In this document: piece after piece, positions 38,191 through 53,447 of the stretch
Layout of the letters: every line of letters begins with the position of its first letter
How positions within the stretch are numbered: the first letter of the stretch is position 1
Source: Octopus sinensis
Taxonomy: Eukaryota
DNA: 64,000 nt
Assembly: GCF_006345805.1 (NCBI RefSeq)
Contig: NC_042998.1
Span: 166,904,001-166,968,000 of the forward strand
Direction of reading: 5' to 3'
The notes under the pieces: generated by a model
The model's input: only the letters and a program-made list of their open reading frames with translations
Databases searched by the model: none
Told to the model about the DNA's origin: nothing
Position numbers and translations under genes: made by a program

Positions 38191-41177
38191 ACCCTCGAAG
38201 TGCGATCGCAAATGTCTCTTATGTCATGTATTTGTGGAAGATGGCATTTATGATTAGCAGCTTCGTTAATGAATTACTTTCTGATGCAGCAACATGTTAC
38301 TGCTAATGCAATGTGCAATGTACAAGAAAGACTACTCTGGGACAATTATAAAAAGTATTTTTGATATTGAGTATATACATATACATACATATATACATAC
38401 ACACACACATACACATACTTTTCAACACAAGGAATATTGGTGAAACATTATTATCAAGATATTTAGGTAACTATAACGTACTTGATATCGTTTTAAGGGG
38501 TGGCGAGATGTATTTACTGTTATAGAAACCAACTGCTCTGCAGATGTGGAAATTTATTATGAAAATCAATGGGCAGGAAAATATATATGGACAAGCGCTT
38601 TGAAGTCAACAGCTTCTCTATTCAGATTATAAATTTACAATTGTACTCATAACCATTTGCATATTGGGTTATGACGCTGTATAAGTAGAAATCAGAGAAA
38701 GCTTTTTTGGTTTTAGACAAAGAAAGTGACCAGCCTATATGTACTTTATAAATCTAATCGATAAAAAGATGTTATGATTCTTCTACAGTTGAAAATAAAT
38801 CTTTACCGTAAATGTTACATATATTCCTCCAGTGAATATGTTTCTTTGTTATCAACCCATTTTTTTATAGGAAGAATTCAATGAATTTAAGAGAGTGACA
38901 AAGAGAGAGTGACAAAGAGAGAGGGAGAGAGAGAGAGAGAGAGAGAGAATACAGACAGACAGACAGAGACAGGCAGACTGAGAGACAGACAATATAAAGC
39001 ATATATACAAACAGCTGTAAATATATGAATAGGTACATAGTATCCTGTCATTGAAAACCCACAGAGATCTGCTAAACAATCTTCCCAAACAGAGTGGTTG
39101 TCTTCTACGCTATAAATATTTCAAAGAGAATATTCTGTGCTTCTGTTTACTTCGGCACTAAATCCACTGCCGTTTCTTTTATGAAAAGGCGCTTATTTGC
39201 TAGCGCTTGTTGCAAGACTATACACTATTGCAACCCATAATTTCTTTTCGAACGATTTAGAGTTCTATACTTGAAATATTTACAATGCAGAGGAACAACT
39301 GAATTTATTAACAATATTTTCTGTTAATATAAAGATGGAATTTGGCACCTCAAAAATGTTCATATGAATCGATTAAACGCTGGAAAACTGTTTTCCATAT
39401 CTAAAAAGTTTGCTTTAATAGCCTTTCGATCTATTTTGTTCCATCCAACGTTATTATAATTTGCTACGTGCTTATAAAAATATATCATAAAATGGTGATC
39501 TAAACAAAGATAAAGTGGCCTTAAAAATATGGCAATCGGAGCCTCCCCCTTACAGCATGACAGTATCCCATAGCACATTTGCAATAGCCGTTCTGAGATG
39601 AATGACTAATCTATACAAGAAAACCCGCTCTGTAGGTATTAAAATCTGCAAAATCTTGAAGCAGTAATATTGACTGTCTCTTTCTCGGAAAAAAAGAGGG
39701 TGGATGATGTTTAAAATCAGTGCTGATGGCGTATGCGTGCAGAACGATATCCAACAGACAGTATTTCCTAAACTACGGTAACAAAAGTAAATATGTGAGC
39801 TCATAAGCGACGAGAACAACAACCCTTGGATTAACAGTGAACTCTTTATAAAATATTCACTTTTCAATTAGTACCATGTGATTCAGAATTTCTGGACTAG
39901 TAATAGGCCAACAGCAGATCTGGATATCAAACACTCTGCATACCACAAACAGTTATTCAAGAGTATGTTTCCTGTATACGTGGGAATAATACTAAATGTA
40001 GTTTTTGTTGGACTCGTGACACATGGACATCACATTTTGAAGTTTATGCTTTTACAATTCAAGAGCAAGAAATATTTATGTTATAGCTAATAAACAAAAG
40101 AGACAGTGAAACAATTAAACCACTACTGTGCAACCAAAAATATCGATTATCTTACATTTCCGAGGAAGAGCTAGAGCATACGATCAGCAGTTATACTAAA
40201 ATATCATCAAGGTACGACCTCTCGTTGTAACAGTAACAACTGTTATTACTAAAACAATATGCAATGCCATCCATTCAATAAATATTGTTATTGAATAGAT
40301 AACTATCAATAAAAACAATAATGAGATTCGAAGTGAGAACATAAAGGCGGACAGAATGCTGACAAGCATTTCGCTCGACGCGCTAACGATTCAGTTGGCT
40401 TGCAACCTGCAGGAGTCGAATAATAACGACGGGAACAAGAAAAGCTTATAGCGAAAAGGAAAAAAAGATATAGAGTTTAGTGTTAACATGATAAAAATGA
40501 TAGAAACCTGTAGACTGATGCAAAATAAGGGAGCAGCCTGTCTCTATTTCGAATATATATTCAATCTAAAAATTTTACATAAGCTAGGTTAGCGACGACT
40601 CCTCTTCTACGTATAATATCTGTTCATAAAATTATTAAAGTTAACATGTAATGTAAACATTTTAATAACCGTCGCTAGATATTGCAATCTTTATGATTTA
40701 ATCGCCATCCATAGTTTGGTGTAATCTGTACAGTTTGCACGACCATCACAAGTTGGGTGTTTGAATTTTATTATCTCTTTGTTATTGTTGATTACAATCT
40801 ATGGTATACAATACATCTCTAGTGCATTAGTTAATCATTTAATAGACAGAACTCAAGGCCACCGTACGATATATTTACAGACACATGCATATACAGAAAC
40901 ACACATATATACACTCTCATGCGTTTAATTTTCAGTAAGTGTATGTATGCATATTTGTATGCATACGTCAGCTTATATGCACCTTTATATTGTATAAATT
41001 TCGATGAGAAGATATATTAAAATGCTTTAAGATAAACACAATTAACCGTAACTAAGAAACTCATGGAAATTATGTGAATTTTGGAAAAACTTACTTGCTG
41101 CTTAACTAGTTCACATCGTAAAAAATCCATAGTGCAACATAATTAAATATTTAAACTGATTTATTTGAATAACCTTT

Positions 41178-41586
41178 GCAGGCGTGGCTGTGTGGTAAAT
41201 AGCTTGCTTACTAACCACATGGTTTCGGGTTCAGTCCCACTGCGTGGCGCCTTGGGCAGGTGTCTTCTACTATAGCCTCGAGCCGACCAAAGCCTTGTGA
41301 GTGGATTTGGTAGACGGAAACTGAAAGAAGCCCGTCGTATATATGTATATATATATATGTGTGTGTGCGTGTATGCTTGTGTGTCTGTGTCTGTCCCCCT
41401 AGCATTGCTTGACAGCCGATGCTGGTGTGTTTATGTCCCCGTTACTTAGCGGATCGGCAAAAGAGACCGATAGAATAAGTACTGGGCTTACAAAGAATAA
41501 GTCCCGGGGTCGGGTTGCTCGATTAAAGGCGGTGCTCCAGCATGGCCACAGTCAAATGACTGAATCAAGTAAAAGAGTAAAAGAGT
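41178..41586 (+). mobile_element. Full-length SINE family A
   Basis: Reverse complement of 1456-1874; tail aagtaaaagagtaaaagag. Confidence 0.9.
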
Positions 41587-41668
41587 GTATATGTTTACAT
41601 GTTAAACGTATACGTTCATACAATATATAGCCATCATTTGATTTTTGAATAACTTAAAGCCTGTATGC

Positions 41669-41669
<1 letters not shown>

Positions 41670-41749
<80 letters not shown>

Positions 41750-41786
41750 AATATATATATACATATATATATACATATATATATAC

Positions 41787-41833
<47 letters not shown>

Positions 41834-41960
41834 ACTATATATATATACATATATATATACATATATATACATACATATATATACATACATTTATATATAT
41901 ATATATATATAATATATATAACTATATATATATATTATACATATATACATATATATACAT

Positions 41961-42014
<54 letters not shown>

Positions 42015-42055
42015 TATACATATATATATATATACATATATATATATACATATAT

Positions 42056-42154
<99 letters not shown>

Positions 42155-42225
42155 TATATATACATATATATATGTATATATGCAAGTGTGTATGTATGTA
42201 TGTATGTATGTATGCATGTATATAC
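41670..42225. repeat. Long imperfect (TA)n/(TACA)n microsatellite
   Basis: Direct observation; similar tracts lie at 8570-8940, 15180-15410, 29491-29880 and 55760-56000. Confidence 0.95.
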
Positions 42226-42371
42226 ACGTGTAAGGGCCATAAATGCAAAACAGAGTGGGAAAAAAAATAGTACTCGAAAACCGAAGGTAGAATAATGTGC
42301 TTTTTTTTATTAAAGCTGCAAAAATATCACAGTTTTTTTTCCCATTTATCGGGCAGTTGTGATCAAGATTC

Positions 42372-42503
42372 TTGAGTGAAGTGGAGCAACGTGAAATGAA
42401 GTGTTTTGCTCAGGAATACAATGCGTCTCCCGTTCCAGGAATCGAAATCACAATCTTAAGATCACGAATCCAACATCCTAACTACTAAGCCACGTGCCTC
42501 TAC
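42372..42503 (-). mobile_element. SINE family D 5' part
   Basis: Minus strand gtagaggcacgtggcttagtagttagg...tttcgattcctgg...ctgagcaaaacacttcatttcacgttgctcca. Confidence 0.7.
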
Positions 42504-43349
42504 TGGCAGCAATAGTGCCTAGAAGTGATCCCACAGCTCCCAAACCCCTGCAATTCCTGCTCGAGAGCCCCGCAACCGTATGCTGTTTAAAGTCATACCC
42601 AGGATATAGATAGATAGATAGAAAGAACGATAGATAGATACATACATACATACATACATACGTACATGCATACTTACAAACAAACAAACATACAAACAAA
42701 CATACATACATATATGCATTCTTCATACATGCACACTTGTATACATGCATACATACATGCATACAAAAATACACACATACATACTTACATACACACGACA
42801 TACATTTAATGTACACACATTTAAACATATGTACCTATATGCAAGCATGGACATACATACACACGCACTCACACACAAACACACATGAGATGTTTGGCTA
42901 CACATGAAATCATTAAGTATTTTTTCAATATTGTCATGGATAGTATGTACTGTAGCTATACATGCCAATGTAAATACACATAACACGCACACACACGCAC
43001 ACAACACACATACACATACACCCACTCAAACACACACACACATGCATGCTCAGGGATAGACGTACATACAGGTCTCCATATCTGCATATAGATTTTCCTT
43101 ACTTGTTAGGAGATGGAAGTTTTAACTGTATACATGTACATGTGTGTGTATATGCTTGCGTATTCTGATATCATTCTGTATAATTCAGTTTCATTTTCGT
43201 ATATTTTAACTTAATTTTTTTACATGTAATCTACATTTTAGAGATAGACGTGGTTAATAGAAATGTAGATGACAATGAAAAATTAATTACATTCTGTCCA
43301 AATGTTAGTGCGTTTATCTATAACTATCCGGTTTGGTGACTTGCCCTGA

Positions 43350-44100
43350 CCACTGCAACTCATCTACCCCAGATATTCCAATCTTCTATAGTAGTCTTTA
43401 CATCCTGAACTTGGTATCCAGTGTCTTCAACAAGTTGATCGATACATGCTCTTCTTGGTCTACCCATACTTGTATGTCCATGTTGTGAGTTTCCAGAGAA
43501 GGAGATCGCTGGATATTTCGTCCTTGCTTCTTCGGTAATATTCTGCATAACATATTCTTTCTATGATTACAGAGAATGGTAGGAAGACTTCCATACACTG
43601 GTTGCATTGTTGGGTGTTGCCTAAAAGACAGATTGAGAACTAAGTGTACGAAGCATCCTTATGTATTATCAAGCTTCTTTTCAAGTGATGACTGATTTTT
43701 TAAGAATATATACAACCATACAATGGTATAAGTTACTTTTGGATGAAGTGAAGATGTATCGGTCTTAAAAACTATCCAAAAGATATATACGCCCAGAAAT
43801 TCAAAGCAGTTCACCATCATCTCTCTAGTTGAACATTAAGAGGCTATGATTTCCGCTCTGCTATCTGGGTTAAAAACTGATTTTCTTGGTTTTCTTCATG
43901 TTGTTATTATATCAATTGACCAGTCTCTGGGGATAATAACGAACGTTCTAAAACTTTTCATGTCAGTGTGGGATTCGTGAGAGCAATTATAATTATCTGC
44001 GAAGATGAGGTGAGTTGTACAGAATTTCATTTGTCGGAATGGATATCTAACCATGTGGATTCTTTACACTTTTAGACATTTTCTTTATAACTGTGACGTA
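43350..44100 (-). mobile_element. RTE-type LINE 3' remnant
   Basis: THLIFADN, QHPTMQPVYGSLPTI and GRPRRACIDQLVEDTG..IEDWNIW match RTE-clade RT and C-terminal motifs; may extend to about 44800. Confidence 0.7.
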
Positions 44101-45300
44101 ATAGGTGGATACTTATTCTTAGTATCAAAACTGTACATAGAAATAATTTCGAATTTGGAGTAGTTTTTATCAACTTCTACTTCGTTCAGTCGCTTTTTAT
44201 TGACACATGTTAGACAACCTTTTCCATAACCTTATACTGACTGTCACTTTCACTAACAGTCTTCTCGAGTTTCTTTTTATGTAGAAACCTAACAATGGTA
44301 ATGCTCATCTCTTTGTCACGACTTAATGTTTGGTGAAAGACTGATTTCTCTTTTTGTCTTTTTTTTCTTTGAGAAGCGACTTTCTTTGATATTTTTATTT
44401 AATCAAAGTGTTTATGATTCGGCAAAGTATTTGATGGTCTTGTGATTCATGAATACACATAATTTTTAGTATATCAAGTAACCACGTCATTACATTTGTC
44501 TAAATGAGATGAAGGATATTTGAATAATGTCTCGGTCAGACAGTCAATCAGTCAGAGAAGCTATGAATATATTTTCATGGACAAATGGTTTCTCCTGTCC
44601 AACAGAGAAGTCGTATCTAAGGTTTGCAACTACTTTTGATTTCTTCATAGTGTAGCTCACGAATGAAACTGTGAGTGACTTCCCTAGTTGTTTAGTATAA
44701 AAGTGTAGGTATTGTTTACCATGTGTGACATAAGTGAAATATTTTATTTGGGCTGGTTTTCTTTGAGGCAACCTTTGAAGTGTCTGCACTCATTAACAAC
44801 AATCGATGTTGCATCTGGATAAGAGACATGTACCATTGCAAACACACAGACATACACACGCCCCACATAGACATATACACACCCATATACACAAGTATAT
44901 AAAAACAAACAAACGCACAGTTACATAAGCGTTAGGTGCCACATTACGATTCATTATATGGTGTTGAGTTTTGTCTTAATAGGTCAATTTGTAATATATT
45001 ATTTAACACTAATTAAGCAGCTAACCTGTTAAACCAACCGTCACGCGAGGTATGTTATAGTTAGAAAAGTCTGGGCGATTGAAGTCAGAAGAGTCGGGGA
45101 GAGTTTTTGTGAAAGACAGAAATGGATTTATAAAACGAAATACTTAAATGAAAATAGAAAGAAAATTTAGGAATCTGAAAACAATATAATTTAGAAAGAC
45201 TTAGAAAGAAATGATAACGAGCAAACACACACACACACATTTATATATATGTATTTATGTACGTGCATGTGTGAATGTGTGTGTATATATGTATGCATAT

Positions 45301-45622
45301 CATTATTCAGTCTTATTTCAGGATTTATTTTGCCAAAGAGAAAGAGGTGGTTTCTAACCTAGATCCAAGGCTCCTTCATTAGAATTTCAACATTAACAAG
45401 GTATTTTTGTAACTATGTATGTATACGTGCAGATTGGTATGTTTTGTTTATGTGTGGCTTCTCATGCATATACTTGCATATCTAGACATGCTATTACAAA
45501 CTTAAATATAAACTTCTAGAAAGTTTTACAGATTTTAACAATTCCAGTGATGGCTTGGATCTGTAGTCTCTGAATCAGCTTTCTCCTTTCTGATATTGAG
45601 AAGCTTAATTTCTCAAGATTGG

Positions 45623-45654
<32 letters not shown>

Positions 45655-46205
45655 TGTATGTATGTATGTATGTATGTATGTATGTATGTATGTATGCATG
45701 TATGTATGTATGCATGTATGCATGTATGTATGTATGTATGCATGCATGTATGTATGTATGCATGTATGTATGAATGTATGTAAGCATGCATGCATGTATG
45801 TATGTATGTATGTATGTATGTATGTGTGTATGTGTGTATGTATGCCATTGTTCAGTTTTATTTCAAGATTTAGTGCCAATAGAGAAAGAGCCGACTTCTA
45901 AGCTAGATCCAAGGCCCCTTCATTGGAATTTCAACATCAACAACAGGATATTTTTGTTTGTTTGTATGTATGTATCTATGTATGTATGTATGTATGTATG
46001 TATGTATGTATGTATGTATATGTGCAGATTTGTATGTTTTGCTTTATGTATGTATTCTCATGCATATAGTTGCATATCTAGACATGCTAATGTATATTTA
46101 AATGATAAACCTCTGAAAAGTTTCACAAATTTTTACAGTTCCAGTGATGATCGAATTAGCTTTCACCTTTCCGATTTGAGAAGCCTAATTTCTCAAGATT
46201 GGTAT
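45301..46205 (+). repeat. Two diverged direct copies of a ~330-bp repeat (45301-45625 and 45846-46205) separated by an ATGT/ATGC satellite
   Basis: Shared ctagatccaaggc..cttcatt..aatttcaacat and gagaagc.taatttctcaagattggtat. Confidence 0.85.
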
Positions 46206-47139
46206 TTAAGCAGTGTGTTACATATCTCATGGCGCCAAAATTAGAGGTATAAACCTTAACTTGTAATCTGGTTAGAGTAACAGCAGATTTTTCAATAGTT
46301 CAGCATCGGTATTCTCTTTTTCACTAATCTTCAGCTTTATGTTAACACCCGCTGGGCAGCTAATTTCCACGGCTGTACGCAGTTTCTCTTCTCTATCCCA
46401 AATCATTATATCAGGTCTATTGTGCTTATATTTTATTTAGGTCTTCACTGGGACATTTCACCAGTACTCATTTTTTTATTATGAGTGGTCATGGCTCATA
46501 TATGTATGTATGTATGAATGTGTGTGTGTGTGTGTGTGTGTACGACAGGCTTCTGCACAGATTTGGACTGCCAAATCAATTCAAAAGCTTTGTCGGCCTG
46601 GCACAAAAGTAGAAGACACTTGCCCACGTTGCCACGGAGTGGGGTTGGACCCTAAATCACGTGACTGCAAAGTGAGCTTCCCTACTTCGCAGTGATTACT
46701 GCGTTTTTGGTAAGGAAATAATAAACCAAATAAACACACACAACTCTTTTTATAAAAAATTAAAAAAATTCTGTAGCAACAGCAACAATAACAAAATAGC
46801 ATAAGACAAATAAGAAGCAAAACACGAAAGAAAGAAAAGAAAAAGCAACTCAATCATAACTGAATAGCTAACACTCAACTTTAAGTTTCTTCCCATATCT
46901 AGGCGAGAGGGAGAGAGAGAAAGAGAGGATGACAAAGAGAAAAGAACAGAGAGGAGGAAGAGGAAGCGGAGTGAAAAAGTGTGAGACTACATGAAACTAT
47001 GAGAGAAAATGAAGGGTAGAGAGAGGGAAAGAGTGAGAGAGAGGAAAAGAGTGAGAGAGAGGACGACAACAAGTTGGTTGTCCTTGACAGGAATGGACAT
47101 CAGCCAAAACCATCATGGATAGAGGTAGCAGCAGCAGCG

Positions 47140-47171
<32 letters not shown>

Positions 47172-47207
47172 TAGTAGTAGTAGTAGTAGTAGTAGCAGTA
47201 GTAGTAG

Positions 47208-48216
47208 TAGTAGACATTCAAAAACCCGGCAACCTCCGAACCCGAGGAGTGCTTGATTTTCAAAATTTGCGAATTTTTTATGGTTATATATGCTGTATAT
47301 ATTTAACAGAAAATTACTACCTGTACAGTCCTTTCAAGAAAGAAAATTAAACATTAAATGAAAACAAATGAAATTTTAATGTTCACTAACTAAATAAAAT
47401 AGTTCTACGGAATTTTAATTCAAATAAATAAAATAGATCATCAGAATTTTGATTTAAAATCCTCTTAGAATTTTAATCATTATTGAACCCTCGAAAAGAG
47501 CTAACTAAATAGCAGATGGGCTGCCAGGATCATCATCTTCATCACTGACAATGACAACATCCTCAGCAACAGGAACTGGAGGAAATGTTGTTGGTGGTGA
47601 CAGCACATCTGGTTGACTTGAGTTGATGGCGGTGGATTATCAAATATCGATACTGCTGCTGCTTCCTCCTGCTTCCTAGATATTTTCTTGAAAATATCGA
47701 GCAGTGTCTGTTGCTTCATATACTTGGGTCTTTCTCTAATAAGTTTATCTTGGAGCAAGTAAACATTCATGACTTATTGGTTCAGTTTCGAACTTTTTCC
47801 CTCCGTCATTGACTTCCTTACAAACATTTGCTCTTTTGATCCACTGCCAGAAAAGAACTTTAACAGATTTTCTTTCTGTTTTTTAATATCATACACTGTT
47901 GAAGAGCCAGTGTCGTATATATCACAAATGGCTCGCACAGACACGCCGCTATTAAGTTTTTTACAGTATTCCACTTTCTCTGCGATTGACAAATCACGAT
48001 ATTTATATTTTACGCAACCTCTTTTCTTTCCTAAATCCATAATGGGGCTATACAACAGCAAATAAATGATAAAATGAGAAGGAATGAGCATCAAAACATA
48101 AACGGTGCTTCCAGAAAACAGTGGCGCACCAACACGATAAATTTGAAAATGCGAAATTCATACAGAAAATCTGATGGAACCGGATTTTCGATGGCTGGAT
48201 TTTCGAATGTCATCTG
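47208..48216 (-). mobile_element. Internally deleted Tigger/pogo DNA transposon
   Basis: CENP-B/psq-type HTH peptide LSIAEKVEYCKKLNSGVSVRAICDIYDTGSSTVYDIKK fused to the C-terminal MKQQTLLDIF; TIR-like gacattc(a/g)aaaa.cc.gc at both ends; no DDE domain. Confidence 0.8.
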
Positions 48217-48729
48217 CAGTAGTAATTTTTGTTGCTTTTGTTACTGCTGCTGTTGAGTTACCAGTCAGGTCTCATTGCATAGACTGATCAGGAGTCCCTC
48301 CATGGCTATCCCACCTTTTCCCAAGGTGCAGGATAATATGGTTCCGGGGCTTCTAGGTGCAAGGAACACAGGAACCATTTTATCCGTTTTGCTTTCTTCT
48401 TTCAAGATGGTTGCGTGAGATTTGAGAGCCATATTGCTGCTATTTATAGATGTTTGGCTAACCACAGATGCCATCTTGTTAGCATGTAGTGTTAGTTGTT
48501 GTTGATGTAGGCCAAATGGTATGGTTGTTGCTTTGGTAACTCCAAATCAACCTAGATCGCGGTACTTATCACCAAAAGTGTTCGGGCCCGTGGCTACCCC
48601 AGTAATTTGTATATCAAGGACTAGATTGCTCAGTGTATAGTATTTTGGGTGAATTAGCAACTATTTCTAGCAGGTTCAGCACTTGTGTAAGAGGGCCCCT
48701 TGTGATAATTGTAGTTGTTAGATGTCATG

Positions 48730-48784
<55 letters not shown>

Positions 48785-48989
48785 CAGCAGTAGTAGTAGT
48801 TTCTGTTGTTGTTATTATTGTTGTTTTTGTTGTTGTTTAGCCCCAACTTGGCCCCGATCATGCAGACGTATCATTGAAAGCATTTAACTATTTCTGCTAA
48901 GACGTACAACTGCCTAACGAAAAATTACCTTGAATTTTCTTAATTGTGTCCTCGCCTGATGATGAACCATGTCTCTTACAGCCCGCTTC

Positions 48990-50060
48990 CAAAAAAAAAA
49001 AAAACATTGCCTATGCATGACTTGGAGACCCTTGTGATAGATGTACTCTGTGCTGTCGTTGTTCAGATGGGATCAAGCTTGTCAGGCCTACTGACCATCA
49101 AATATATGGACCGGTTGGAAAGTAAGGTACTCAACAGCTGTCAATTCTGTGAAATTTTGCGCCAGATATGCAGATGATGCTTAATACCATCTCGCGAGGA
49201 GGCTGTGAAAATATACAGTATGTTCAACAATATCGAGGAAGCATAACGCTGGGAACTATTTGTAATTCATCTTTGCCTTTCAGAGCAAAGATTGGCTACA
49301 TTAGAAATGAAAGCTATAGGATACGCAGTAGATGAGACGAGACAGGAAGCAAAAACACCAACCACATACAATTCCGAAAAGTCCTGATGTAGAATGAGTA
49401 CCCATACAGTTTAACTAGTCGCCAGGACATCACCAGACCAACTAACAAAACCCACACATGTGCTTTCTGAACTGCCACATTTTAACGAACAATAAAAGAA
49501 AAGAAAACTACTACAATCTGTCGTAAGATCCATAAAAAGGGATTGAATATATGACTGACACACTCCGGATCTTCCCTGAGGAGTTTCCAAACTGAAGACA
49601 TCCTAAGATATTATGTACATTGCTCAACTACCCAATCAAAGATGAAAATATATGTTTGCGATCCTACGTGGTGTATTAAATCACGTGTAGCAAATGCAAG
49701 CAATTCTACATCGGAAATACCACCAGACAAGTTCACATACGGTTCAAAGAACACTTCTCTGCTAATGTTTCTTCTGTCACCTACGGAAATGCTGCATTCA
49801 AGACATTCAAGTTTCTATTGAAGCTACGGATAGAAACATTGGGTGCTTCAGCATAAAGGAAACGATTTAACTAACAACTACAGCCTCCGAATTAATGACA
49901 GAAGTGAATTGCATGTGATTAACTGGACACTAAAGTAACACAAAGCACCCATTCATACACACACTACAAAGTAGAGGCATAAATCGACAACACTTTTTAT
50001 ACGTAAATTTACTGAAGAAGAGGTCCCAACCCTGAATCATTGAAATGCCAGGTAATAAGT
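48990..50060 (+). mobile_element. Degenerate Penelope-like element (RT + GIY-YIG)
   Basis: QMGSSLSGLLTIKYMDRLE, ARYADD, KIGYIRNE, and VVY*ITCSKCKQFYIGNTTRQVHIRFKEH; decayed CTGAAGA..GAAA motif at about 50012-50055. Confidence 0.85.
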
Positions 50061-50256
50061 GGCCTCACATTTAAACAGAAGTTTAAACAGAAGTACTTGA
50101 TTATTTAAACGAACATCCACGCTTCTCTTACACCGGTTGTTTTGACAGAGAAGCTGAAGCGTTTGCCACCCTAAGTTGTCTGTATCAATTAGTTTCTTTA
50201 CTACTAGTATCTTTTACCTGACACCAGCTTTATAATTACTGCTGACGTCCATCTTA

Positions 50257-50905
50257 CCTATTTTTTTATTACCCACAAGGGGCTAAACATAGAGGGGACA
50301 AACAAGGACGGACATAGGTATTAAGTCGATTACATCGACCCCAGTGCGTAACTGGTACTTAATTTATCGACCCCGAAAGGATGAAAGGGAAAGTCGACCT
50401 CGGCGGAATTTGAACTCACAACGTAACGACAGACGAAATACCTATTTCCCTATTTCTTTACTACCCACGAGGGGCTAAACACAGAGGGGACAAACAAACG
50501 GATTAAGTGGATTACATCGACCCCAGTGCGTAACTGGTACTTAATTTATCGACCCCGAAAGGATGAAAGGTAAAGTCGACCTCGGCGGAATTTGAACTCA
50601 GAACGTAACGGCAGACGAAATACCTATTTCCCTATTTCTTTACTACCCACGAGGGGCTAAACACAGAGGGGACAAACAAACGGATTAAGTGGATTACATC
50701 GACCCCAGTGCGTAACTGGTACTTAATTTATCGACCCCGAAAGGATGAAAGGTAAAGTCGACCTCGGCGGAATTTGAACTCAGAACGTAACGGCAGACGA
50801 AATACCGTTAAGCATCTCGCCCGGCGTGCTAACGTTTCTGCCAGCTCGCCACCTGTCGACAGACGAAATACCGCTAAGCATTTCACCCGGCGTGCTAACG
50901 TTTCT
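50257..50905 (-). mobile_element. SINE family B with triplicated body plus an extra partial head
   Basis: Units 50257-50440, 50441-50622 and 50623-50804 (the last two look identical); head 50805-50852; partial head 50858-50905; possible TSD tcttacc. Confidence 0.9.
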
Positions 50906-52823
50906 TACCGTCAAATCTTAGCCTTTACCACTTAGTTTAGTTAGCTCAAGAACTACTGTTTGGGAATGTCTTGCTGGGCTGAAACAACTGGAGACGTTTA
51001 CTCCTACGGTGATTGTATTCAAGGAAAGGTGGAGACAAGCGGTTTTGAGAGAAGTCATTTTAGAGAGGTAATGTAAAAGCGATGGTGTTGACAGAAATAC
51101 CATACGAATCAGATTGGGTTAGTAGAAACACACAAGAGTACTCGACGAATTACATACTTAAGGATAGAGCAATCTCGTATTTGTTAAAATCCTGCAGCAA
51201 ATGTTATAAAAAGGCGGTCCCAATTCCACAGACTGGAAAATTTATATAGCGTATATTCAATGATAGTATCTCATTTTATGATAAACATTGACCACTGAGA
51301 TTTAGTGTTCTACATCACTCGCCAGTGATCTCCCGCACCTGACAATTTCGACCACATCCGGCAACAGAATTTCTGAGTAGAATAGCTTGACTGTGAGATC
51401 CATACATTTCCTAATGACAGAATCTATATGTCGTCGCTTGATACACAAGAGATGGGAATCAAGTCTCCCTCAACTTATCAGTACTGTCTTAAGGCATGGA
51501 CAAATAGAGCAGTTACCCAGGAGTCCCATTTGTCTAAGGGGCCTATTCTGAACTATGTATGTTATGGTTTGCTGTCAATTAGTAAATACCATAAGGTCCA
51601 GTGTACTGATTTGTCCACGGGTCTATAACGCTACTAAGGCAAACCTGAAAATGATAACCCTTTATTAACACATTTCACGAGTTAAATAACAAACTTAAGG
51701 ATACAGCAATCTGATCTTTGCAAACAAATAACAGCTATGAAGGCTTGACATATTTCGAGCGATTAGATCTCGTCTGTATAATAGTATAAACCAAGTCGCA
51801 GATCATTGGATAGATTTATACACATAGAAAACGATTAAGGATATCAGGTTAATATAATTTGATTAATTAAAATAACAAAATGGGACACGGGAAATTACTC
51901 ATTTAGGAAATTAATTCCCCTTTCTTTGAGAATCGTTAACAATTATAGTAAGAATTTCGTTTTCTTTCTTCGTCTGAGACGTAAATTTCAATTAATTATG
52001 AATTCTTTGCATGCAACATTCAGTACATAACCCTTTAATTTAATTATTGAAATTCTAGTCAATGGGTCATTCGAGTTATCTCACTTAGCTCATTTCATTT
52101 TTAACTATGCGAGTTATACCGATAAATTATTTGTAATTCCTTTACTATATGATCTGCAGCTTTAGTTAGACTTTACTATACTGATGAGATCTAACAGACT
52201 GAAACACATCCAAAGCTGCCACTTTTCTTCAAAGATCAAACAGTCCATTTCTTAAGGATATAAATAAATTAACTTAAACAATTTAATTTTCATTTTTTAA
52301 AAATTATCTTCCATTTTTGTTTAGTAGTCATTAATTATTACCAACCAGTTTTTTTTTCCATCTCAAAATAAGAGGGAAATTTCATTTAAGAGTTGGCTGA
52401 CAACATTTTATATTCAGCTTTTAACTTTATTAACGATTCAACCAATTACTTTTCCTGAAGTTCGGTTGTTTCGGCAATCCTCTGCGATACATCATGGTCA
52501 ATGTGCATCAAGAAATTAATAAAATTTTGTGACGCTCTGCAGGCCAATATACTTTATTGCATATAGTTTACTTTACTCATGATGCGATGATGAGTACGAG
52601 TCACAAGAGTTTCTATGCATTCAGCGTCTCAGCTAGTTTCTTATAAGCGACTACTAAAAACGTAAAGATAAATTTCATGCACACATGAATATGTATACGA
52701 GCCCGCCCAAAAAATATGTTTACATGCATGTGCGCTCATACATATATACATGCATACATACATACAATACACACACACGTGCACACACACACAAACATAC
52801 ACATACATACATACATACATACA

Positions 52824-52907
<84 letters not shown>

Positions 52908-53393
52908 ATATACACATACATATACACACACACAAACACATACACTCGTGATTAATAACTGAAATCAAGTATATGAAACTGAATCAAAAGACACGGTGAC
53001 TTAACATGAATAAATATGTAATTAAATAGAGCATGAATAATCGCAAAAGTAATTGCTCCTTTTTATATATCAAATGTGTGTGTGTATGTGTGTGTGAGTG
53101 TTTGTGTATGTGTGTGAGAGTATCTGACTGTGTGTGTGTGTATGCGTGCGTCTTTGCACGTATGCATATATTTACATTTGAAAGAATGTACGTCATTAAA
53201 TAACTATAATGGCTAGTTAAGGATCTAAGAAACACTCTGTCCGACTGTAATTGTAAAATTTAATTAAAAGAAAGCTTAACAAAGTCTGATTTGACAGTTA
53301 GGGACTTGAGTTGGAGTAGAGAATAGAATGCCTTATGGTATAAGCTCTTACTCTGAGTTCGAAACCAACTTAGGTATCCTTTGATTTTTAACT

Positions 53394-53447
<54 letters not shown>

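Noticed and set aside
38440-40090. Non-repetitive stretch with short ORFs, possibly exons
   Set aside because: Stops in all frames examined and no convincing splice pairs; only faint hAT- or LINE-like peptides.
41602-42270. Long YI/HT/CV-rich ORFs here and throughout the ORF track
   Set aside because: Translations of (TA)n, (CA)n and (ATAC)n microsatellites; not genes.
50257-50804. CRISPR-like or satellite array
   Set aside because: Units are whole SINE bodies with no unique spacers, in a eukaryotic context.
51517-51645. Possible next exon of the 54-kb candidate gene (ttttcag acceptor)
   Set aside because: Phase-1 continuation hits a stop after three codons, and the neighbourhood looks like LINE debris.
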